Shown here piece by piece: positions 24,901 to 33,900 of a stretch of DNA of 40,202 bases (position 1 is its first letter; each line of letters starts with the position of its first letter). Source of the DNA: Phoronis australis. Taxonomy: Eukaryota; Animalia; Phoronida. The stretch spans positions 1 through 40,202 of the forward strand of contig NMRA01000900.1 of NCBI GenBank assembly GCA_002633005.1. Reading direction: 5' to 3'. The translations under genes were made by a program, and so were the position numbers. The notes under the pieces are model-generated. The model searched no databases, was not told the origin of the DNA, and saw only the letters and a list, made by a program, of their open reading frames with translations.

Positions 24901-27900
24901 CAACAAAGAAATGTTTTTTTCTGTTCAACCATTTGAAAATAGACTTTACACGACACTCTCCATTTTGACTAAAATGTGGACTTAAGAGTGCTACGTCTGC
25001 CGTTCGACAAAAATGTCGTTTGTGATATTTTGTAACCACAAAACTTTCCATAACTGTAGACGAAATTTGTTCGAAACACGTTTTTGGCGAAAACAGTTAT
25101 CAATCTATTTTGCTTGTACTTAACAAATACACTGCCCTATATTCGATAACACAAACCGCCCTATATCCCATAACAAAAAGCGAATAGTCACCATTTTTTG
25201 ACGTCATGAGTTTCAAATTGTATGCTGCATCACTCATAACAGTTCCTTTCCTAATTACTCTGCGCGTGCAAGCGCAGAGTATTGTTGTTCCTGGGTTTTC
25301 TTCAATTTTATTCTTATTCTTATTCTACTTCTTATTCTTCTTCCGACCAAATTGACACTTAATATCTGCAAAAGGGTTGCAGGTCTCAAATTTAAATTTG
25401 ATGTTAGGCAGTCTATAAATTTTGATTCATTATATATTCATATTCCATAATGCACCGAAGAGGTCATTAAGCGCAAAGGTCATGTAATTTTCAAAATGCT
25501 ACTCCTTTATTTTAAAAACTATTCTTTTAAAATTCGGTACACAGGTATAAGTCAATAAGGCAATTTAAAAAAATACTTTTCTAAGTAATCGGGTCATCCA
25601 ATCAGGTGAAATTGGTTAAAGGTCATTGGGTGCAAACCAAAATTTTGAGCTAGACACTTCAAATTGACAGGTCTGATTGCCACAGGTAAATCAAATCGGA
25701 ATCCAAAGTTTCAGGTCATTTAGTGCAAACATGAGGTCATTATGTGCATTTTTCTTCTGAAAATTTGACCTTTTCAATCAGCAAGTATTCTGATGTGTCA
25801 ACCGTTAGACAAATGTGATTCTCAGCGTTAAAGACATTTCCCATGGGCTTTGCAATAATTCTCCTAAAGACGCTTATAATGCACAGGATAGGGTCAATTA
25901 GTGCAAAGGTCATGTAACGTTCAAATTGTTCTATCTCTTACGTTTTTCAAGGAATTCTTTTCAATTTCAGCACAGAGGTGTAAGTCAAACATGCCAATTG
26001 AATACCCTACTTTACTTCGCAATAGGCCTAACCGATGAGAAAAAATAGATCAAAGGTCACTGAGTGCAGAATAAAATTTTGAGCTAGAGACTTCAGAATT
26101 ACATATCTGTTTACTAAGTGCGACCACTTCATTCATCTTATATTCTGAAGTGCTTAAAGTAAAACATCTGTGATTATTAGCATTAACCGCATTTTTAATC
26201 GAGTTAACAATTACTCTCTCATCGGGGCTCATATGCACCGGAAGAGGTCAATTAGAGGACAGTCATCAAAAATAATAATTATGTAATTTCTCCTACAATT
26301 TTAAAGAATTCCTTTTCATATTGGTAAACGGGGTTGCTGTCAGTAACTTCCCATAATAATTCCAGTAATACACACGCGTAGAGTCCGTTATTGTCACGCC
26401 GTGACAATAATCTTTTTAGTTTAGAGTGTCCTTTTACCAGATAACCCAACGCCACGCATATTTCTGCGTAGACGGGGCAGAATATTTCGCGTTCGTAATA
26501 TCCTCAGACTATTAACAATTCAAGCGTGTAACGTAGCTCTAAAAGAAATTTTATATTCCATAAGATGTTTAGAAACGAACATTAGGTCTTTAATAAACGT
26601 TAAAATGCAAGATAAATATATAACGAATGTATAAGAAATGCGAGCATTTGTGATCCATTTATTATTTCACTCTCATTTGTAGGATAAACAGGAGAAGAAG
26701 AAGAAGTCAACTATGAGATGGGTAGTCGTCATGCAGTCATTTTTGGTAAAATATTCATCTTTTCATCACGCAACAAAACTTGACAAAACATTGTGATTCA
26801 GTTGATGTCCTGGCATTCGAAAGGCCACCTAGGTGTTGTCTGAGAAAGTGTTTAATTCTGTAATGCGCCAAATATTACATAGGTTGTAAGCCACGTGATA
26901 TGCCGCACAACTGGAATCTCTACCTGCACCGATGAGGTACACGTGCATGTACATAGGGGACTTGAGCGTGAGGTATTCCGTATTACGGAGCATTGCTACT
27001 TGAACGCATACACTAAAATAGAATATTGCTCATGTGTAGGCTGCTATAGTGGAGATAAATGGTATTTTAGAATTCCGACGCCAGTATGCCATATGTTTAA
27101 TTTGTGACCTCGTAATCAACATGTTGTTGTGGATGAAAATTCAAAGAGTTTGACTTCCAACCAGTGTATGTAGGGACGTGGGGATCTTTTCGTTATAGAG
27201 CAGCCGGTCATCAAAGCATTTCAAGTAGATAAATGTGCGATGCTTCATTTTCTGGAACACAACCTACAGATTGTCTAAGCAGTGACCAGTGTCTGCTGCG
27301 GTATAACAAGTTTGTGATATTGCCAGTGAGTCGAATGAAACTTTAAAAACATTCCCGCAATTTAGGAATGGGAAATGTAGTAGCTTACGACTTCAACAGT
27401 TTCTCTAGGAAAAACTATCATGTGATCCTAAGGTTTGGATTGCGACCCAATAATATTCATTCCACCAATAGCGGATTTGCAGCGCAAACGAACTACGCAT
27501 TGCGCATGTGCGAGTTATTTCCTGCGCGAAGGCTCATGGGATAGCTTGTGGTCAGGCATGTCTTGAGCAGGCTGGATAGTGTGTGCATTTGGAGTGATTT
27601 GCAACCTAAAAACCATGTTTCATTTTTTGCTTTATAATACCAAACAAGTCCTCTCTCTCGTTTGTAAACACAGCGTAGCTATGATCAGTGACCGTGTGAC
27701 CGAGGGCACGACTGTCGTCATGTTCAGTGTTGGGCAACCGGCGTTGATTTCGAAATCTCCGGTTTCAGACAAGTTGATAGTTCTTGGGTTGCTTAGCTTT
27801 TGTAGCTTTCGCCGGGGATATGCTAGTGACGTTAATTTTAAAAGGAAACTGCGTCGGAATGTTGTTCTCATACGTCTTTTTTCCACCAGGAAAATGTTCG

Positions 27901-30900
27901 CTGCACACACGATGGCCCTTAGGCAATTACATTGCACTGGATGCCGCAGGCATTCAGGGGCGATAGTACATCCTCACAAAGAGTTACTCATTTCAAAATA
28001 CATCAAATAAAATCAAATGAACCATACATATAGGAACACGGAGTTATAATTAACGCATACCACGACACTGGATACAATTTAGTCAGCAAAACTTGAACAA
28101 ATCGATGAAAATCTGTCGCGGTTTGCTCGAGTTTCTCTCAGTTACCGCCGGGGTCCCATTTGAGGAAGTTATGTGAAATTACGAATGTTGACGAATAAAT
28201 GTCTAAGGGACACACATCTTACAAGTTTCACCCAATACCTTCTCATGCTATTTTACAAGTGTCACGCGCTAGCGTCACGCGCTTCGCTGAGTCTCGCGCT
28301 AACCTTTGCCTAACCCACGTGATTCAGTTGACATGATTTATGGTTATCGCGCAAACGGTGATAAAATTAACGGCAACCAAAAAGTGAAGTTGTAATTCTT
28401 CGCCAAAGTCAACTTAATTCTCACAACTAAGCTTAAGATATACATAGCAATAGAAAGGACCAATGATGAAAGTAAGCGTTTTTTAAATGATAGTTTTAAG
28501 AGTAGAATGTATTTTTGACGAGGTGAAAACTCGAAATCGGTAATCCATTCCGTTTAAAATACACTGAAGTAACGAAATGAGTACAGAAAGCGAATGGAAG
28601 TATTGTAGCCCCTGTATGGCCAACCGACGGTCTACGTGTTGCCTTCTAGATGGCTCCGCGTTGGTTTGAAGGCGCTAAATCTCTCCTTACTCCCAGCTCT
28701 CCTAATGTTGTTTATCCATTTTTCACGAAGTTCTTGGTTTGCAGGGAACACATAAAAACTCCGATTTTTATCTCTCTTGTTGTTTTTGAAGCAGCCAGGA
28801 ACACAACAAGTGTATCCGCCGTAAGTTTTATTCGCGCTCATACCGCATGTTATGCTTGATACTATGGCCGCTTTCGGAATCCTGACCACAGCACCCACAA
28901 TGCACCATTTTAACCTAATTTCAATATGGCGTCGCCGCAAATCCGCTATTGGATCCGTTTACGTTTTCATTTACAAACACCATACAGTGAATGAATTGAG
29001 CCGTAAAGAAATTTGATCTCCGCTTCCCGTCGCTTCCTCTAACCTATGCTTTAAGACGCAACTCACAATTGTATTTTGAAAAGTACCCAATTTTATGCAT
29101 ACTACAACATTTGAGTCACTGAATTGTTAGTTTCGTTATGTTGACCGCATTTTTGATTCGACCTGTGCTTATACACGTTCAACGATTTGCACATGCGCTT
29201 AGGTATGTGCTCATCACTGTAGCTAAAATAGTTCAGTGACCCCTTATATGTCTGAGAGTTTGAGCAATCGTAGCTATTCGAACGCATACAGGTCCATGTT
29301 CTTGCTGGTAAAGATTGGGCAGCTGTTACGTCATAATTTTGATTACATAAAGCAGAAAAAAATATAACTACAAACATCTGATTTCTTGACTGTGAGAGTG
29401 TCTCATTTGTATACCCATCATGGCGTCTAATAAAAAGAGCTCTAAACCACACGCGTACTGAAAATTTCTGGTGCAATGTTATGCGAACATCTACTAAGTT
29501 ATCAATCTTCTATTATAGATAGCCGAAACGACCAATAAGAAGAATTCTGTATGGGTAAACGTCAGGAGCCTACTTCCGGTAAAATAGTTTTCAACTCTCT
29601 ATTATTTGCAGGTCAAGGTGGTACTAATACTTTGAGAAAAAAATGAAAATTTGCTTTATTTTGATATGGAATCAAGGTATCGGCAAACTCGGGGATTTTA
29701 TCGAAGCACGGATTGAAGAGCAATTTCACTTTAAACACATTTACATAAACATGCGAGTCTCTTTAACCGTCAACTCGCACCACTTTGTGCCAATCAAATA
29801 CTCACCCCAAACCCTGAAAATTTTGGTGTTCAATTGTCCATCAGATACATGTACATGTAGGTTTATTGACAGTTGCTGAGGATAATGATATTTGCTAAGG
29901 TTATTGACAGTTGCTAACATTGCTGACCGTTGCTAAAGGTAGTTCATAACAATATCCCAGTGTTTGCAAGTTACTCTATTCAAATAAAAACAGTTAGCAA
30001 CAAACGCTTGATATTTGAATGCACCCCATACTGTGTTCCGCGTGCCAATGGTTGAGATTGTCTTGGAAGTAAAGTTTGACTATGCCTACTTGTAATATAT
30101 TTTTTCTGTTTACTACTGCTCAAGGGTGGACAAAAGAGGAAAGAGGATGCAACAATGAGATGGATAGTCATCATGAAGAAATTTCTGGTAAAACTCAATG
30201 AAAATTCGTCATGATCTCTTGCTTGTTAAATACCATTGTCATTGAGCTAAAACTTTCTTTTGGGGCTACGTGGTTTATTCCACACACCTCGGGCAATTTG
30301 TTTTTTGAAAAGCCTTGGAATCGCAAATAACCAGCAAAGCAATTTCATCAGTCGTTCTCTAGTATCTCGGATATGCTGCTTTTAAAATTGATATGGTGGA
30401 TCTGTTTTAAGATATGCAATTGTCTTTTTATTCACTCAAGCTCATCAGCAGTAAGAAACTGCCACGCACAAAGATAGATGACAAATTATTTTGTACAGTT
30501 TCTCACACTCATTGAAGTGTCAACACAATAACACGCGTCGTACACCTCATACATGTATATTCAATTTCATGAATTTCAAACATTTTGCAATAAGCACGGT
30601 ATCTATTGAATGCGAGAGTTCCTGACTTACATCTTATTCTCAATGGCAACTGCAATTTGCCCAAGTTACGCGGTGCTGCAGAACGTAAAGTTTACGAGTT
30701 TGAATAAATGCAGTATATTTATTTTTGTATTTCCTTTTCAAGGTTGCCCATAAAGAAGAGAAGAAAAAATCGATTTGGGAAATAATCACAAGGTTACTTC
30801 CGGTAGTACATTGGAATTATTTCGAAATTCTTGATAATGCTGTTGAAAAAATCGCGAAGCAAATAGCGCAGATGTCGTATATTTCATTTCATTGCCGACA

Positions 30901-33900
30901 GATGGCTTAGTTTTCGTATTTAAAATAGTTCATAATGGAAAGCAAGACGCTTTTTGATATCATTTGATCCACAGCCGCAAACCGTTCTCTTAATATCAAT
31001 GTTGTTTTAAAGTATCTAATTCCTGCTTGATGTTATGTCACCTACTTTGACCAATAAAAACTTCTTTGGAGTTTTGTCATAAAAGACTGCTTACGTTAGC
31101 TTCAAATACTTAGCTAAAATTAATCCAGTAGGTCTACATTTTTACAGCCGATCTATGAGAGTATTTGAAGTAAATTTTGACTACCTGTGATATATCTGTC
31201 TGTTTATTATTCCCCAAGGCTTCACAGAAGAAGAAACAGGATGCAACAATGAGATGGATTGTAGTCATGAACAAATTTCTGGTAAAATTTAATCCACAAT
31301 CGTCACGATCTTTTACTTGTCAAATAGTATTGTGAAAGAGCCAAAGCTTTCGTTCAGATTAACTGGGAATCATTCGTAACACCACGAGCACAGAAGGTCC
31401 TTGCTCCCACAAATAATCGTCAAAAACATTTTCCTCAGTCGTTCTCAAAAGTCATGTCCAAAGGTATATTGTATCGACACCATCTCACACGCCTCCTTCA
31501 TTCAATTTCATGAAATTTATTCACTGTTTGCAATAAGCTCCTTAATCTTTGAATACGTGCGGTCCTAATTTGCATCTAACTCCTAATGTCAACTGCAATA
31601 TGCCCATGTTACGCAATCCCACAGAACTTAACGTTTCCGAAGTTAAATGGGTGTACTATACTTATTGACGTATTTCATTTTCAAGGTTGCCCAAAAGGAA
31701 GAGAAGAGAAATTCGCTTTGGGAAATTATCACAACGTTACTTCCGGTAGTATATTGGATTATTTTAAAGTTCTTGGATAAAGGTGTTGACTTGTCTGTAA
31801 TTAACGTACACGTCATATATTCCGTTTCATTGCCCACAGGTGGCTTAGTTTTCGTATTTGAAATAGTTAATAGTGAAAGGCGAGAGGTGTTTCTCTTCAT
31901 ATCACGTGAACCACTGTCGTATTCCCTGCTTCTTATATCAATCATCCAATAAAGCAATTCATTTCTGCTCCATGTTACGTCATCTACTTTATCAATAAAT
32001 GCTGCTGGAAAGTTTTGTCCTAAAAGACTGATAACAGCATCTTCAAACTCTTAGCTGGGGTGATCTAATCTCTGTCGCAACGCAGTTGAGTTTGTTATAT
32101 ATAATAGAAGTTATTCCAGAGGATCTGAACTTTAGAGCCGATGTATGAGTTTCATTGAAGTTAAGCTTGACTACCTGGGACATGTTTGTCTGGTTATTAT
32201 TCTTCAAGGCTTCACAGATGAAGAAACAAGATGCAACAATGAGATGGATTGTCGTCATGAACAAATTTCTGGTAAAATCTAATCCAAAATCGTCACGATC
32301 TGTTACTTGTCGAGTAGCATTGCAAATGAACCATAGTTTTCCTTCCGATTAACTGGGATTCACTCGTAACAACTCGACCACTAGAAGACCTTGTCCCAAC
32401 AAATCACAGGACCAACAATTTCTTCGGTCGTTCTCTAATACTTTCTTGGACATGGTGCGTTTGATATTGATATGGTGGATCTGTTAAAACATGACATATA
32501 AGGTATTATGAAATTGTCATTTAGTTTACTCAAACTCATCAGAAGCAAGAAACTGTCTTGTCCAAAGATAAATGATCTATATTTGGGGCATTTTCATTCA
32601 CTTATCGAAGTGAAAACACCATCTCACACGCCTCCTTCATTCAATTTCATGACATTTAATCACTGTCTTCTATAAGCAGCTCATTCTTTAAATGCGTGAG
32701 TTCCTAATTTACATCTAACTCTTAATGGCAACTGCAATATGCCCAAGTTACGCAATCCCACAGTATTTAACGTTTACAAAGTTAAATACGTGTACTACAT
32801 TTATTGATGTATTTCATTTTCAAGGTTGCCCAAAAGGAAGAGAAGAAAAATTCGCTTTGGGAAATCGTCACCAGGTTACTTCCGGTAGTACATTGAAATT
32901 ATTTTAAAAGTCTTCTTGGACAAAGGTGTTAAAATGTCTGCAAACAACGTACACGTCGTATATTCCGTTTCATTGCTCACAGATGGCTTAGTTTTCGTAT
33001 TTGAAATACTTAATAATCAAAGGCTAGAGATGTTTCTCTTCACATCACGTTACCCACTGTCGTATTCCCTGCTTTTCATATCAATTATGCAATAAAGCAA
33101 TTAATTTCTGCTCGCTGTTATGTCATCTACTTTATCAATACAAGCTGCTGGACTGTTCTGTGATAAAAGACTGATTACATGAATTTCAAACTCTTAGCTA
33201 GGGTTGTTTAATCCGTGGTCGAAACACTGTTGAATTTGTTTCATAATATAGAATTGATCCCGTAGATCTGAAGTTTACAGCCGACTTTTGAGTCATTGAC
33301 GTAAAGCTTGACTACCGGTGATATATGTGTATGTTTATTATTCTTCAAGGCTTCACAGAAGAAGAAACAAGATGCAACAATGAGATGGATTGTCGTCATG
33401 AACAAATTTCTGGTAAAATCTAATCCAAAATCGTCACTATCTGTTACTTGTCAAATAGCATTGTAAATGAGCCCTTACTTTACTTCCGATTAACTGGGAT
33501 TCACTCGTAACACCTTGGCCAATGGAAGACCCTGTCCCAAAAAATCACCGGCAAAACAATTTCCTTATTCGTTCTTCAATAGTTACTTGGACATGGTGCA
33601 TTTAATATTTATATGGTGGATCTGTTATTAAATGACATATAAGGTACTATGAAATTGTCATTTAGATTACTCAAACTCATCGGAAGCAAGAAACTGTCGT
33701 GTCCAAAGATATATGATCCATATTTGGGGCATTTTCATTCACTTATCGAAGTGACAATGCCATCTCACACACGCCTCATTCATTCAATTTTATGAAATTT
33801 AATCGCGGTTTTCAACAAGCAGCTTATTGTTTGAATGGGTGAGGTTATAGTTTACATATAACTCTTAATGTCAACTGCAATATGCCCAAGTTACGCAATC

